Origin: Hyalangium minutum
GTDB lineage: Bacteria > Myxococcota > Myxococcia > Myxococcales > Myxococcaceae
Direction: 5' to 3'
DNA: 124,000 nt
Assembly (NCBI RefSeq): GCF_000737315.1
Contig: NZ_JMCB01000008.1
Span: 20,001-144,000, forward strand
The position numbers and the translations under genes were made by a program. Shown piece by piece: positions 63,659-74,024 of this stretch (positions within the stretch are counted from its first letter, which is position 1; each line of letters opens with the position of its first letter). The notes beneath the pieces are model-generated. The model searched no databases, was not told the origin of the DNA, and worked only from the letters and a program-made list of their open reading frames with translations.

Positions 63659-64339
63659 ATGGCGCGCATCCTGATCATCGAGGACGAGCAGGACCTCGCT
63701 GGACTCGTCGAGTACAACCTGCGCGCGGCGGGGTTCGAGACGGAGACGGCGAACACCGGCGCGGGCGGCCTGGCCAAGGCCCGGGCGCGAATGCCGGACC
63801 TCGTGCTGCTGGACCTGATGCTCCCGGACGTGGCCGGCAGCGAGGTGCTCCGGATGCTCAAGAGCGACACGGAGCTGCGCAAGGTGCCCGTCGTCATCGT
63901 CAGCGCCAAGGGCCAGGAGTCCGACCGCATCCAGGGCCTGGAGCTGGGCGCGGATGACTACGTGGTGAAGCCCTTCTCCGTCCGCGAGCTGATGCTGCGG
64001 GTCAGGGCGGTGCTGCGGCGCTCGGACGCGGACGAGGGCCCTGCCGCCCAGCTCACCGCCGGGGACATCCAGCTGGACACCGCCCGCCACCAGGTGCGCG
64101 TGAAGGGCCAGGAGGTGATCCTCACCGCGCTGGAGTTCCGCCTGCTGCGCACGCTGATGGAGCGCGGCGAGCGGGTGCAGACGCGCGAGGTCCTCCTATC
64201 CGACGTCTGGGGCATCCAGGCGGAGATCCACACCCGCACCGTGGACACGCACATCAAGCGCCTGCGCGAGAAGCTGGGGCCCGCGGGCGATATCATCGAG
64301 ACGGTCCGCGGCGTCGGCTACAAGCTCAACGTGCCGTGA
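63659..64339 (+). CDS. phoP: OmpR/PhoB-family response regulator (PhoP1-like)
   Basis: REC DLMLP, GADDYVVKPF, winged HTH TRTVDTHIKRLR. Confidence 0.88.
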   Translation: MARILIIEDEQDLAGLVEYNLRAAGFETETANTGAGGLAKARARMPDLVLLDLMLPDVAGSEVLRMLKSDTELRKVPVVIVSAKGQESDRIQGLELGADDYVVKPFSVRELMLRVRAVLRRSDADEGPAAQLTAGDIQLDTARHQVRVKGQEVILTALEFRLLRTLMERGERVQTREVLLSDVWGIQAEIHTRTVDTHIKRLREKLGPAGDIIETVRGVGYKLNVP

Positions 64340-64358
64340 GCGCCTCGCTGGGCTGACC

Positions 64359-65717
64359 ATGCGCAACCTCCTCGTGCCGCTGCTGTTGCCCGCGATGGGC
64401 GTCATCGTGGTGCTGGTCGTCCTGGGGACCCCGGGCAGCGCCATCGCCGCGGCCATGGTGACGATGGCGGGCTTCGTCATCGCCATCGTCGCCAGCCGGG
64501 ACAGCATCCAGCGCCAGCTCCAGGTGCTCTTGCGAAAGACACGGGGCCGCATCGAGGGCACTCCCTCAGGGCCCTCCGTCGCCCAGGAGGAGGACACCTT
64601 GGACGAGGTGGCCCACCTGGAAGGAGCCATCCAGTCGCTCCACTCCCGGTTGACCGCTCAGAACGCCCAGCTCTCCCAGGAGACCCGCACCCTCACCGCC
64701 GTGCTGGACAGCATGATCGAGGGCATCTGGATCACCGACGCCCAGGGCACCGTGGTGCACCACAATGACGCCCTGCGCGAGATGCTCCAGCCAGGCAGCA
64801 CGGGGATTGTCGGCCAGCGCCCCCTCGCCCTCATCCGCAACGAGGAGCTGAACGACGCGGTCATTCGCGCCTGCCGCGAGGGCGCCTCCACCCGCCTGGA
64901 GCTGCAGCTGGAGGGGCTCTTTCCCCGCACGCTCGCCATCCGCGTCACCCCCCTGGGCAAGGACCTGCCGGGCAGCGCCGCCGTGTTTCACGATGTGACG
65001 GAGCTGCGGCGGCTGGAGAAGGTCCGCAAGGACTTCGTGGCCAACGTCTCGCACGAGCTGCGCACCCCCATCACCGCCATCCGCGGCTACTCGGAGACGC
65101 TCCAGAGCGGCGCGCTGAAGGACCCGGAGGTGGCTCCCAAGATGGTGGAGATCATCCACCGCCAATCCGAGCGCCTCTCCGAGCTCGTCGAGGACCTGCT
65201 GGAGCTGTCCCGGCTGGAGTCCCGCGAGGTGAAGCTGAACATCTCCCATGTCCCCATGGCCGTGGCCACGGCTCGGGCCGCGGAGACCGTCCGGCCCAAG
65301 GCGGCGGGGAAGAACATCCAGCTGGAGCTCCACGTCCCCACTGACTTGATGGCCCGAGGAGACGAGCGGGCGGTCGAGCAGGTGCTCCTCAACCTGCTGG
65401 ACAACGCAGTGAAGTACACCCCGCCCGGCGGCCGGGTGGACGTCTTCGGCACATTGGAAGAAGGGCGCTGCGTGGTCCGGGTGAAGGACACCGGGGTGGG
65501 CATCGAACCCAAGCACCTGGCCCGAATCTTCGAGCGCTTCTACCGGGTGGACAAAGGTCGCAGCCGGGACATGGGCGGCACGGGCCTGGGGCTCTCCATC
65601 GTGAAGCACCTGGTCGGGGCCATGGAGGGGGAGGTCAAGGTAGAGAGCCAGCCCCAGGTCGGCAGCCTTTTTGCGATTTTTCTCCCTGTGGCTGCCCCGG
65701 AGGCGGCATCCGGGTAG
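64359..65717 (+). CDS. phoR: PhoR-like sensor histidine kinase
   Basis: PAS, DFVANVSHELRTP, NLLDNAVKY, FYRVDKGRSR, GGTGLGL. Confidence 0.92.
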   Translation: MRNLLVPLLLPAMGVIVVLVVLGTPGSAIAAAMVTMAGFVIAIVASRDSIQRQLQVLLRKTRGRIEGTPSGPSVAQEEDTLDEVAHLEGAIQSLHSRLTAQNAQLSQETRTLTAVLDSMIEGIWITDAQGTVVHHNDALREMLQPGSTGIVGQRPLALIRNEELNDAVIRACREGASTRLELQLEGLFPRTLAIRVTPLGKDLPGSAAVFHDVTELRRLEKVRKDFVANVSHELRTPITAIRGYSETLQSGALKDPEVAPKMVEIIHRQSERLSELVEDLLELSRLESREVKLNISHVPMAVATARAAETVRPKAAGKNIQLELHVPTDLMARGDERAVEQVLLNLLDNAVKYTPPGGRVDVFGTLEEGRCVVRVKDTGVGIEPKHLARIFERFYRVDKGRSRDMGGTGLGLSIVKHLVGAMEGEVKVESQPQVGSLFAIFLPVAAPEAASG

Positions 65718-65729
65718 GATAACGGCACG

Positions 65730-66722
65730 ATGCGGGTCGCTATCCTCGCGGACATTCACGGCAATCTCCCCGCCTGCGAGGCTGTCCTCGAGGACATCGA
65801 GCGGATGGCGCCCGACTACATTGTCGCCGCCGGGGATCTCGCGCTGCGAGGCGCCCACCCTCGCGAGACGGTGGAGCTGCTCGCCGACAAGTGCGACGCG
65901 CTGTTGATGGGCAACACGGACTGCTACCTCGCAGGCAACTACCTGGGCGGCGCCTACCGCGACCGGGACCACTGGAAGACGGAACTGCTCCGGTGGACGC
66001 GAGACCAGCTGGGCGAGGCCCACCTCAAGATGCTCGGCGCCCTGCCCTTCTCCATCCGCTACTCGCCGCGCAAGGGCCAGGACCTGTTCGTCTGCCACGC
66101 GAACCCGAAGAACCTCGAGGAGTCGCTGGACCCCACGCTGGACGAAATGTCCGTGCGCCGCTTCTTCATGCACCTGGACGCGGCCGCCTGTGCCTTCGGG
66201 CACCTGCACTTCCCCTACCGCCGCCGCGTGGGCCGGATGATCATCGCCGACGTGGCCAGCGCGGGGATTCCTCGAGACGGAGACCTGCGTCCCGCCTACG
66301 GCATCTTCACGTACACGCCCAAGGGCTGGCGCGTGCAGATCCGCCGGGTGCGCTACCCGGTGCGCAAAGCCACCCAGGCGCTCACCGCGCGCAAGGTCCC
66401 GGGCGGCCCCATCCTCATCCACAAGCTCGTCGAGGCGCGCTACCGCCACCACCACGCGCTGCTGGAGGCCGCGCGCCGCCACTCGGGCCTGCCACCTCCG
66501 GGCCCCGTGCTGCGTCCGCCTCCGGGTGCGCCCGTTCGCAACCTGGTCACCGAGATGCCTGTCGCGGAGGAGCCGCCCGTACCGCGAGACGAGGCCGAGG
66601 CCGCCGCCCTGCGCCAGGAGGCGGTGGACCCCACGGACCTCGGCCACGCCCAGGCTGCGGCGCTGTCGAACGAGCCCGCGCTCGCCGCACAGCTCGAGAA
66701 CGTCAACGACATGGACGGCTGA
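65730..66722 (+). CDS. Metallophosphoesterase / protein phosphatase (Pph2-like)
   Basis: ADIHGN, GD, MGNTD, CHANP, GHLH; directly after phoPR as described for M. xanthus pph2. Confidence 0.85.
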   Translation: MRVAILADIHGNLPACEAVLEDIERMAPDYIVAAGDLALRGAHPRETVELLADKCDALLMGNTDCYLAGNYLGGAYRDRDHWKTELLRWTRDQLGEAHLKMLGALPFSIRYSPRKGQDLFVCHANPKNLEESLDPTLDEMSVRRFFMHLDAAACAFGHLHFPYRRRVGRMIIADVASAGIPRDGDLRPAYGIFTYTPKGWRVQIRRVRYPVRKATQALTARKVPGGPILIHKLVEARYRHHHALLEAARRHSGLPPPGPVLRPPPGAPVRNLVTEMPVAEEPPVPRDEAEAAALRQEAVDPTDLGHAQAAALSNEPALAAQLENVNDMDG

Positions 66723-66774
66723 CACACAGGCGTCGCTTGCCTGTGTCCGGAGCCAGGGATAGGGACGGCGCTCC

Positions 66775-67269
66775 ATGTCCGTCCACATGCTTCCGTTGAT
66801 GATTGTCCGCCACGCGGTGGCGGAGGATGAACACCCGCTCGGTGACGAGGCCCGCGCCCTCACCTCCGAAGGCCGCGCCGCCTTCCGCCAGCATGCACGC
66901 AAGCTCGCGCGCCTCACCCCACTGACGGGCATCGTCACGAGCCCGCTGGTGCGCGCCGTTCAGACAGCGGAGATCCTCGCCGAGGCCTTCGGCATCGGAC
67001 AGGTGGAGGTGCACGGCGCGCTGCTGCCCCACGCGAACGCGCACAAGCGCATCCTGGAGCTGGCCTTGGAGCTGGGTCAGGGCTGGGCGCTGGTGGGCCA
67101 CAACCCGGGGCTGGCCCGCGCCGGTGCGCGAGCGCTCGGCGAGGAGCTTCCAGACAAACTGCGCAAGGGTACCGTGCTGGCGCTGAACCCTTCCGGCAAG
67201 CGCTTCGAGCTGGCCTGGTTCGCCTCACCCGGGCGGGCCGTGCTGCGCCCCGGCGAGCGCCGCTCCTGA
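66775..67269 (+). CDS. sixA: SixA-type phosphohistidine phosphatase
   Basis: RHAVA, R.LT..G, TSPLVRAVQTA, VGHNP. Confidence 0.85.
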   Translation: MSVHMLPLMIVRHAVAEDEHPLGDEARALTSEGRAAFRQHARKLARLTPLTGIVTSPLVRAVQTAEILAEAFGIGQVEVHGALLPHANAHKRILELALELGQGWALVGHNPGLARAGARALGEELPDKLRKGTVLALNPSGKRFELAWFASPGRAVLRPGERRS

Positions 67270-67330
67270 GCACCGGTTGTCACAGGCCTGCAACACGGCC
67301 GCGCAACCCTGCGAAATCCCAGTGCACGCT

Positions 67331-67363
67331 TCGTCACGCAGTTGTTTCACCTGCGTCACGATG
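67331..67363 (+). promoter_or_regulatory. Triple Pho box-like array upstream of the second response regulator
   Basis: 11-bp units tcGTCACgcag / ttGTTTCacct / gcGTCACgatg. Confidence 0.55.
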
Positions 67364-67395
67364 CCGCAAACGGCGAGGACTATCTCTGCGCCGTC

Positions 67396-68085
67396 ATGTC
67401 CCACGTCCTCATCGTCGATGACGAGCGAGATCTCGCCGAGCTCATCGACTTCAACCTGAAGTCGGCTGGCTTCTCCACCCAAGTCGCCTCGACGGGCGAG
67501 GCGGCCCTCTCCGCGGCAAGGCAGCAGCGGCCCGATCTCGTCCTGCTGGACCTGATGCTCCCGGACATGCCCGGCACGGAGGTATGCCGGCAGCTCCGAG
67601 CGGGAGCGAACACCCGGGACATCCTTATCGTCATGCTCACCGCCAAGGGCGAGGAGGCGGACCGCGTGCTCGGCTTCGAGGTAGGCGCGGACGACTACGT
67701 CACCAAGCCCTTCAGCGTCCGCGAGCTGGTGCTGCGCCTGAAGGCCATCCTGCGCCGCAGCGGGGCGCCGAAGGACAGCGTGGCGCCCGTGACGCTCGGA
67801 TCCCTCAAGCTGGACGTGGGCGCCCACCGCTTCTACGTGGAGGGCAAGGAAGTCCCCCTCACCGCGCTGGAGTTCCGCCTCCTGGAGTACTTGATGACGC
67901 GCGTAGGCCGCGTGCAGTCGCGCGAGCAGCTCCTCGAGGAAGTCTGGGGCCTGTCCAGCGCACTCGAGACGCGCACCATCGACACCCACGTGATGCGCCT
68001 GCGCGACAAGCTCGGGCCCGCGCGCACCTCCCTCGAGACGGTGCGCGGTGTCGGCTACCGAATCGTCGACTCCGCTGCCTCCTGA
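67396..68085 (+). CDS. phoB: PhoB-like response regulator (PhoP4-like) heading the pst operon
   Basis: REC plus winged HTH; upstream of porin-pstSCAB-phoU; start inferred. Confidence 0.85.
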   Translation: MSHVLIVDDERDLAELIDFNLKSAGFSTQVASTGEAALSAARQQRPDLVLLDLMLPDMPGTEVCRQLRAGANTRDILIVMLTAKGEEADRVLGFEVGADDYVTKPFSVRELVLRLKAILRRSGAPKDSVAPVTLGSLKLDVGAHRFYVEGKEVPLTALEFRLLEYLMTRVGRVQSREQLLEEVWGLSSALETRTIDTHVMRLRDKLGPARTSLETVRGVGYRIVDSAAS

Positions 68086-68180
68086 AGAGGCGTGACCCAT
68101 TTGGCACTCGCGCGCCGCGAAACAGCCACAGACACCCCATAAATCGCCCGCGCCGCTATCCACTGGAGTTGCACACCCCG

Positions 68181-69422
68181 ATGAAAAACGTCCTTGTTGC
68201 TCTGATGACCTTGGCCTCGAGTGCCGCGCTGGCGCAGGCCGCCGAGCCGCAGCCGGCCACGGGTGCCACGCCCGCAGCCGAGACCTCCGAGGCCCCCGCC
68301 GCCCCCGCCGCCCCCTCCGTGGAGGAGCGGCTGACCACCACCGAGGGCAAGGTCGCGGCGCTCGAGGAGCAGAACATCGAGACGAAGAACGATCTCGGCA
68401 TCCTCAAGAAGCTCAAGTTCTCCGGCTACATCCAGGCGCGCTACCAGTACCAGCAGACGGACTACGACGAGGCCGCGCCGGAGCTGAAGCTGACGGACGG
68501 CTTCAGCCGCTTCACCGTGCGCCGCGGCCGCATCAAGGCGGCCTACACCGGCGATACGGGCCTGGCGATGATCCAAGTCGACATCATCCCCACGGCGGTG
68601 CAGCTGCGAGACGCGGAGGCCACGCTCTTCATCCCCGGGACCAAGCAGAACCTGTCCATCACGCTGGGCCAGATGAAGGTGCCGTTCAACTTCGAGGGCC
68701 CCTTCTCCTCCAGCGAGCGCGAGTTCCCTGAGCGCTCCCGCATGACGGGCGCCTTCCTCCCGGGCGAGCGGGATCGCGGCGTCCGGCTCAACGGCAAGTA
68801 CGGCGCCCTGCGCGCCGCCGCTGGCGTCTTCGATGGCAACGCCATGAACAACGTGGGCTTCGTCGGCACGGACAATGACAAGGAGAAGGACGTCATTGGC
68901 CGCCTGGGCTTTGACCTGAAGTGGATCTCCGGCGGCATGTCCGGTTGGAAGGGCCTCACCCTGGGCAAGCGCAATGGGGACACTACGCGGAAGGCCTACC
69001 CGCGCACCCGCCTCGGTGCCGACCTTCAGGTCTATCTGGATCTGGTGCCCGTGGGCGGCACGGCCTTCAAGGCGGAGTACGCCACCGGGAAGACCTACCA
69101 GCGCAACAACGTCGAGCAGCTCGGCCTCCCCGCGAGTGGCTGGTGGGCGCAGATCGCCCAGAACATCGGTGTGTCGGACGAGGCGGTCGTCCGCTACGAG
69201 TACTTCGACTACGAGAACGGCCGGCCCGCCCAGGAGAGCGGCAGCAAGCTGGGCGCCAACAACGCCATCGGCACGCTGGGCCTCGCGTACATCCACTACT
69301 TCGGCGAGACCGTGAAGCTCACTGCGGCCTACGAGCTCAACAAGACCGAGACCGTCAAGGACGGCACCGCCGAGGACCCCACCGACAACCTCTTCACCCT
69401 GCAGCTGCAGGCCCGTTACTAG
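68181..69422 (+). CDS. Phosphate-selective porin-like protein (OprO/P type)
   Basis: Signal peptide, coiled coil, KFSGYIQARY, F.VRRGR, GQMKVPF, RDRG; precedes pstS. Confidence 0.8.
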   Translation: MKNVLVALMTLASSAALAQAAEPQPATGATPAAETSEAPAAPAAPSVEERLTTTEGKVAALEEQNIETKNDLGILKKLKFSGYIQARYQYQQTDYDEAAPELKLTDGFSRFTVRRGRIKAAYTGDTGLAMIQVDIIPTAVQLRDAEATLFIPGTKQNLSITLGQMKVPFNFEGPFSSSEREFPERSRMTGAFLPGERDRGVRLNGKYGALRAAAGVFDGNAMNNVGFVGTDNDKEKDVIGRLGFDLKWISGGMSGWKGLTLGKRNGDTTRKAYPRTRLGADLQVYLDLVPVGGTAFKAEYATGKTYQRNNVEQLGLPASGWWAQIAQNIGVSDEAVVRYEYFDYENGRPAQESGSKLGANNAIGTLGLAYIHYFGETVKLTAAYELNKTETVKDGTAEDPTDNLFTLQLQARY

Positions 69423-69453
69423 TCCTCTCACCTCTCAAAAGGAGAGCCTTCAC

Positions 69454-70275
69454 ATGAAGAAATTCCTCGCGTCATTCCTCGCCGTCTTCCTGCTGGCCCT
69501 CCCGGTGGTGGCCCAGGCGGGCACCGTCACCGTCAAGGGCTCGGACACCATGGTCATCCTCGGCCAGCGCTGGGCCGAGGAGTTCATGAAGAAGAACCCC
69601 AGCACCAAGCTTCAGGTGACGGGCGGCGGCTCCGGCACGGGCATCTCCGCGCTCATCAACGGCACCACCGACATCTGCATGTCCAGCCGCCCCATCAAGG
69701 ACGCGGAGTCCGAGAAGCTCCGGACCCGCTTCAACACCACCGGCACGGAGATCGCCGTCGCCAAGGACGGCGTCACCTTCTACGTGAACGAGAAGAACCC
69801 GCTCACCTCCCTGACGCAGGAGCAGCTCAAGGGCATCTACCTGGGCGACATCACCAACTGGAAGGACGTCGGCGGCCCGGACGCGCCCATCGTCGTCTAC
69901 TCCCGCGAGAACTCCTCCGGCACCTACGTCTTCGTGAAGGACAACCTGCTCGGGGGGGAGGACTACACCGCCAGCGCGCAGACGCTGCCGGGCACCGCCG
70001 CGGTGGTGAACGCCGTCTCCAAGGAGAAGAACGGCATTGGCTACGGCGGCGCCGCCTACGCCAAGGGCATCAAGGAGCTGAAGATCAAGGTGGGCAGCGC
70101 CGAGGTGGCTCCCAGCGCCGAGAACATCAAGAGCGGCAAGTACCCGCTCTCGCGCGATCTGTACTTCTACCTGCGCAACAAGCCCACCGGTGAGGCGAAG
70201 GCCTTCATCGACTACGCCCTGTCGGCCGAGGGCCAGCAGCTGGTCACCAAGGTGGGCTACTTCCCTGTGAAGTAG
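69454..70275 (+). CDS. pstS: Phosphate ABC transporter binding protein
   Basis: GSDT, GGGSGTG, SRENSSGT, YPLSR. Confidence 0.95.
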   Translation: MKKFLASFLAVFLLALPVVAQAGTVTVKGSDTMVILGQRWAEEFMKKNPSTKLQVTGGGSGTGISALINGTTDICMSSRPIKDAESEKLRTRFNTTGTEIAVAKDGVTFYVNEKNPLTSLTQEQLKGIYLGDITNWKDVGGPDAPIVVYSRENSSGTYVFVKDNLLGGEDYTASAQTLPGTAAVVNAVSKEKNGIGYGGAAYAKGIKELKIKVGSAEVAPSAENIKSGKYPLSRDLYFYLRNKPTGEAKAFIDYALSAEGQQLVTKVGYFPVK

Positions 70276-70276
70276 G

Positions 70277-70295
70277 TCGTCACACGATTGTCACG
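70277..70295 (+). promoter_or_regulatory. Internal Pho box-like site between pstS and pstC
   Basis: GTCAC at 70279 and 70290, exact 11-bp spacing. Confidence 0.6.
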
Positions 70296-70311
70296 CGAGG
70301 CGCTGAGTCAG

Positions 70312-71322
70312 ATGGATAGAGAAGCCGCCATGCAGCAGGGTCTCGCGGAAACCATGGTCGTGCCGCGGCTGTCTCCGGCGGCGCGGCGACGGCAGCTCCG
70401 GGAGAAGGCCATCGCCGGCCTCATCACGGTGATGGCTTTCACCGGCATTGCCGCGCTGGTGCTCATCATCGTCTTCATCGCGAAGGAGGCGCTGGGGCTC
70501 TTCCTGGATGCCCACGCCCGCGAGGAGGCGAGCCTCGCCAAGATGTTCACGGCCCAGCCCACCCGGCCGGGCAAGCCGCTGGCCTACCTCTGGCAACCGG
70601 TGTCCAACGTGCCGAAGGTGAGCATGATCCCGCTCTTCGTCGGCACGCTGAAGACGACGCTCGTGTCCATGCTGGTGGCGGTGCCGGTGGGCGTGGCGGC
70701 CGCGCTGTTCGCCGCGGAGTTCGCGCCCCGGCGGCTGCGCGAGCTGCTCAAGCCCGTCATCGAGCTGCTGGCGGGCATCCCGTCCGTGGTGCTCGGCTTC
70801 TTCGCGCTGATGGTGCTGGCCTCCTTCCTCCAGGACACCTTTGGCTTCACCTACCGGCTCAACGCCGTGGTCGCGGGCCTGGGGCTGGCGCTGGCCATCG
70901 TGCCCGTCATCTTCACCGTGTCCGAGGACGCACTGACTGCGGTGCCTCGCAGCTACCGGGAGGCCTCGCTGGCGCTGGGGGCCACGCCGTGGGAGACCGC
71001 CTGGAAGGTCGTCCTTCCCGCGGCGGCCCCGGGCATCCTCGCCGCGTGCGTGCTGGGCTTCGGCCGGGCCATCGGTGAGACGATGATCGTCCTGATGGCC
71101 TCGGGTAACGCCGCCGTCGTCTCGGCCAACCTGAGTGACTCGGTGCGCTCGCTGTCGGCGACGATCGCCGCGGAGATGGGCGAGGTGGTGGTGGGCAGCC
71201 CTCACTACTCACTGCTCTTCTTCATCGGCGTGGAGCTGTTCATCTTCACCTTCATCCTGAACATGCTGGCGTCCGCCTGGACGAAGCGCGTCCTCAAGAA
71301 GCTCACGGGAGGTGCCGCGTGA
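70312..71322 (+). CDS. pstC: Phosphate ABC permease
   Basis: [26 protein letters not shown]; ATG start inferred (ORF track starts at 70288). Confidence 0.95.
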   Translation: MDREAAMQQGLAETMVVPRLSPAARRRQLREKAIAGLITVMAFTGIAALVLIIVFIAKEALGLFLDAHAREEASLAKMFTAQPTRPGKPLAYLWQPVSNVPKVSMIPLFVGTLKTTLVSMLVAVPVGVAAALFAAEFAPRRLRELLKPVIELLAGIPSVVLGFFALMVLASFLQDTFGFTYRLNAVVAGLGLALAIVPVIFTVSEDALTAVPRSYREASLALGATPWETAWKVVLPAAAPGILAACVLGFGRAIGETMIVLMASGNAAVVSANLSDSVRSLSATIAAEMGEVVVGSPHYSLLFFIGVELFIFTFILNMLASAWTKRVLKKLTGGAA

Positions 71323-72230
71323 AGTACGGCACACGCCGGACATTGGGCGGCGCCCTGACGTCTCTGACGGGGCTGGCCGCGCTCCTCATCGTGGGGATGC
71401 TCGCGGTCATCCTCTGGGACGTAGTCCGAGGCGGCATCGGCCACGTCACCTGGCAGTTCCTCTCCGAGCCTCCCTCGGACGGCATGATGGGCGGCGGCAT
71501 CTTCCCCGCCCTCTATGGCACGGCGGCGCTGACGCTGCTGATGACGCTGGCGGTGATGCCGATGGGCGTACTCACCGCCGTCTATCTGCATGAGTACGCC
71601 CCGCCCGACTCGCAGCTGGCGCGATGGGTCCGGGTGGCCGTCGCCAACTTGGCGGGCGTCCCCTCCATCGTCTTCGGCCTCTTCGGGCTGGGATTCTTCA
71701 TTCACTTCGTCGGCGGCAGCCTGGATCGAGCGCTCGGATATCAGGAGCTGCACTGGGGCCAGCCCGGCATCCTCTGGGCCTCCCTCACGCTGGCGGTGCT
71801 GACGCTGCCGGTGGTCATCGTCGCCACGGAGGAGGCCCTGCGCGCCGTTCCCTTGGATCACCGCACGGCGAGCCTCGCGCTGGGAGCCACCCAGTCCCAG
71901 ACGCTGATTCGGGTGGTGCTGCCGGGCGCGCTTCCGGGCATCCTGACGGGCGCGGTGCTCGCTGTGTCCCGCGGAGCCGGCGAGGTGGCGCCCATCCTCT
72001 TTACCGGCGCGGCCTACTTCCTGCCGGAGCTTCCCTCGTCGCTGAGCTCGCAGTTCATGCACTTGGGCTACCACACGTACGTGCTCGCCACGCAGTCGCC
72101 GGACGTGGAGGCCACCCGTCCCCTCCTCTACGCCACGGTGCTGGTGCTGCTGATGCTCACCTTCGCCCTCAACCTCATCGCGGTTGTCATCCGGACTCGG
72201 ACTCGCCGGAAGGCCGCGAACGCCCACTGA
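71319..72230 (+). CDS. pstA: Phosphate ABC permease
   Basis: [30 protein letters not shown]. Confidence 0.95.
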   Translation: MKYGTRRTLGGALTSLTGLAALLIVGMLAVILWDVVRGGIGHVTWQFLSEPPSDGMMGGGIFPALYGTAALTLLMTLAVMPMGVLTAVYLHEYAPPDSQLARWVRVAVANLAGVPSIVFGLFGLGFFIHFVGGSLDRALGYQELHWGQPGILWASLTLAVLTLPVVIVATEEALRAVPLDHRTASLALGATQSQTLIRVVLPGALPGILTGAVLAVSRGAGEVAPILFTGAAYFLPELPSSLSSQFMHLGYHTYVLATQSPDVEATRPLLYATVLVLLMLTFALNLIAVVIRTRTRRKAANAH

Positions 72231-72240
72231 GACGCCGTCC

Positions 72241-73017
72241 ATGACCTTCCAGCCGCCCAGCCCGCGCATCAAGATGGAGGCGCGGGAGCTCACCCTTCGC
72301 TACGGCACCAAGGTGGCCATCAACAAGGTGAGCATCGCCATTCCCGAGCGTCAGGTGACGGCGCTCATCGGCCCCTCCGGGTGCGGGAAGTCCACCTTCC
72401 TGCGCTCGCTCAACCGGATGAACGATCTCATCACCAGTTCGAACCACACCGGCACCATCCTGTTGGACGGCGCGAGCATCCACGACTCCCACATGGACGT
72501 GGTGGATCTGCGGCGCCGCGTGGGCATGGTGTTCCAGAAGTCCAACCCGTTCCCCAAGTCCATCTTCGAGAACGTGGCCTACGGCCTGCGGGTGGGCGGG
72601 ATGAAGGACCGGGCGGAGCTCAGCACGCGCGTGGAGAAGTCCCTGCGCAGTGCGGCGCTCTGGGACGAGGTGAAGGACCGGCTGGACGAGAGTGCCCTGG
72701 GCCTGTCCGGCGGCCAGCAGCAGCGCCTGTGCATCGCCCGCGCCCTGGCGGTGGAGCCCGAGGTGCTGCTCATGGACGAGCCCGCGAGCGCCCTGGACCC
72801 GATCGCCACGGCGAAGATCGAGGAACTCATCCACGAGCTGAAGGCGACCTATACAATCGCGATCGTCACCCACAACATGCAGCAGGCGGCGCGGGTGAGC
72901 GATCGGACGGCTTTCTTCTACATGGGCGAGTTGGTGGAGTGCGGTCCCACGGAGCAGATCTTCACGAACCCCCGTGAGAAGCGCACCGAGGACTACGTCA
73001 CCGGGAAGTTCGGGTAG
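72241..73017 (+). CDS. pstB: Phosphate ABC ATPase
   Basis: [43 protein letters not shown]. Confidence 0.97.
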   Translation: MTFQPPSPRIKMEARELTLRYGTKVAINKVSIAIPERQVTALIGPSGCGKSTFLRSLNRMNDLITSSNHTGTILLDGASIHDSHMDVVDLRRRVGMVFQKSNPFPKSIFENVAYGLRVGGMKDRAELSTRVEKSLRSAALWDEVKDRLDESALGLSGGQQQRLCIARALAVEPEVLLMDEPASALDPIATAKIEELIHELKATYTIAIVTHNMQQAARVSDRTAFFYMGELVECGPTEQIFTNPREKRTEDYVTGKFG

Positions 73018-73030
73018 GAGCGAGGGGCGG

Positions 73031-73720
73031 ATGCCATCGATACATACCGACAAGGCTTTCGAGCAGGACCTGCGCGACCTGCGCGAGCGGCTGCTGGCCA
73101 TGGGCGCCAAGGTGGAGACGCTCATCGCCAACAGCGTGCGCGCGCTCACGGACAGGGACTCGGCACTGGCCGAGAACGTCATCAAGTCCGACAAGGACGT
73201 GAACCGCCTGGAGGTGGAGATTGACGATCTCTGCCGCCGCATCCTGGCGCTGCGGCAGCCCGCCGCGAGCGACCTGCGGCTCATCACCACGGCGCTGAAG
73301 ATCGTCACGGACCTGGAGCGCATTGGAGACCTGGCGGTGAACATCGCCGAGCGCTCCATTGACCTGAGCCAGGTGCCGCCGCTGGCGCCCTACATCGACA
73401 CGCCGCGGCTGGCCGAGCAGGCGCAGCAGCAGGTGAAAAAGGCGCTGGACTCCTTCGTGTCCAATGACGTGGTGAAGGCCGAAGAGGTGCTCAAGGGAGA
73501 CGATCTCCTGGATGCCCTCTTCCTGAAGATCTTCAACGAGCTCCTCGCGTACATGATGGAGGACTCGAAGAACATCCGCCGAGCCACGGCGCTGATGTTC
73601 ATCGCCAAGCACCTGGAGCGCATCGGCGACCACGCGATGAACGTGGCGGAGATGGTCATCTACATGGTGCGCGGCAAGGACATCCGCCACCCGCAGAGCC
73701 GGAACATTCCGCAGGAGTAG
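73031..73720 (+). CDS. phoU: Phosphate signalling protein PhoU
   Basis: QPAASDLR, DLERIGD, LERIGDHA.N. Confidence 0.97.
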   Translation: MPSIHTDKAFEQDLRDLRERLLAMGAKVETLIANSVRALTDRDSALAENVIKSDKDVNRLEVEIDDLCRRILALRQPAASDLRLITTALKIVTDLERIGDLAVNIAERSIDLSQVPPLAPYIDTPRLAEQAQQQVKKALDSFVSNDVVKAEEVLKGDDLLDALFLKIFNELLAYMMEDSKNIRRATALMFIAKHLERIGDHAMNVAEMVIYMVRGKDIRHPQSRNIPQE

Positions 73721-73730
73721 CAAGCAGCCG

Positions 73731-73946
73731 GTGTCCTGGCAGGCGCTGCCGGCGGTGCTCTTCAAGGACGCCCTGCTCTTCATGGCGTGGTGCCATGGTC
73801 TGTTCAGCCGGACGGTGGACTGGCGAGGCACGCGGCTCCGGGTGCTGCCGGGCACGCGTCTGGTCCCGGTTCCCGTGGAGGCGCCAGCCTCGCTGGAGCT
73901 TGTCCCGAGCGAGGCCGAGCCGGCCGAGGAGCTGGTCGCGGGGTAA
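73731..73946 (+). pseudogene. C-terminal remnant of a ceramide glucosyltransferase/HpnI-like GT
   Basis: KD.L.F.AW..G...RTV.WRG.RL.V..GTRL resembles the GT21 C-terminus; only 71 aa, starting 10 bp after phoU. Confidence 0.5.
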
Positions 73947-74024
73947 CCGCGTTGTCACACAGGGCTCCCACGGCTTTCACCTGCGCGCCATGAGGGTGTC
74001 TTCTCGGAGGGCTACTGATGGAGC

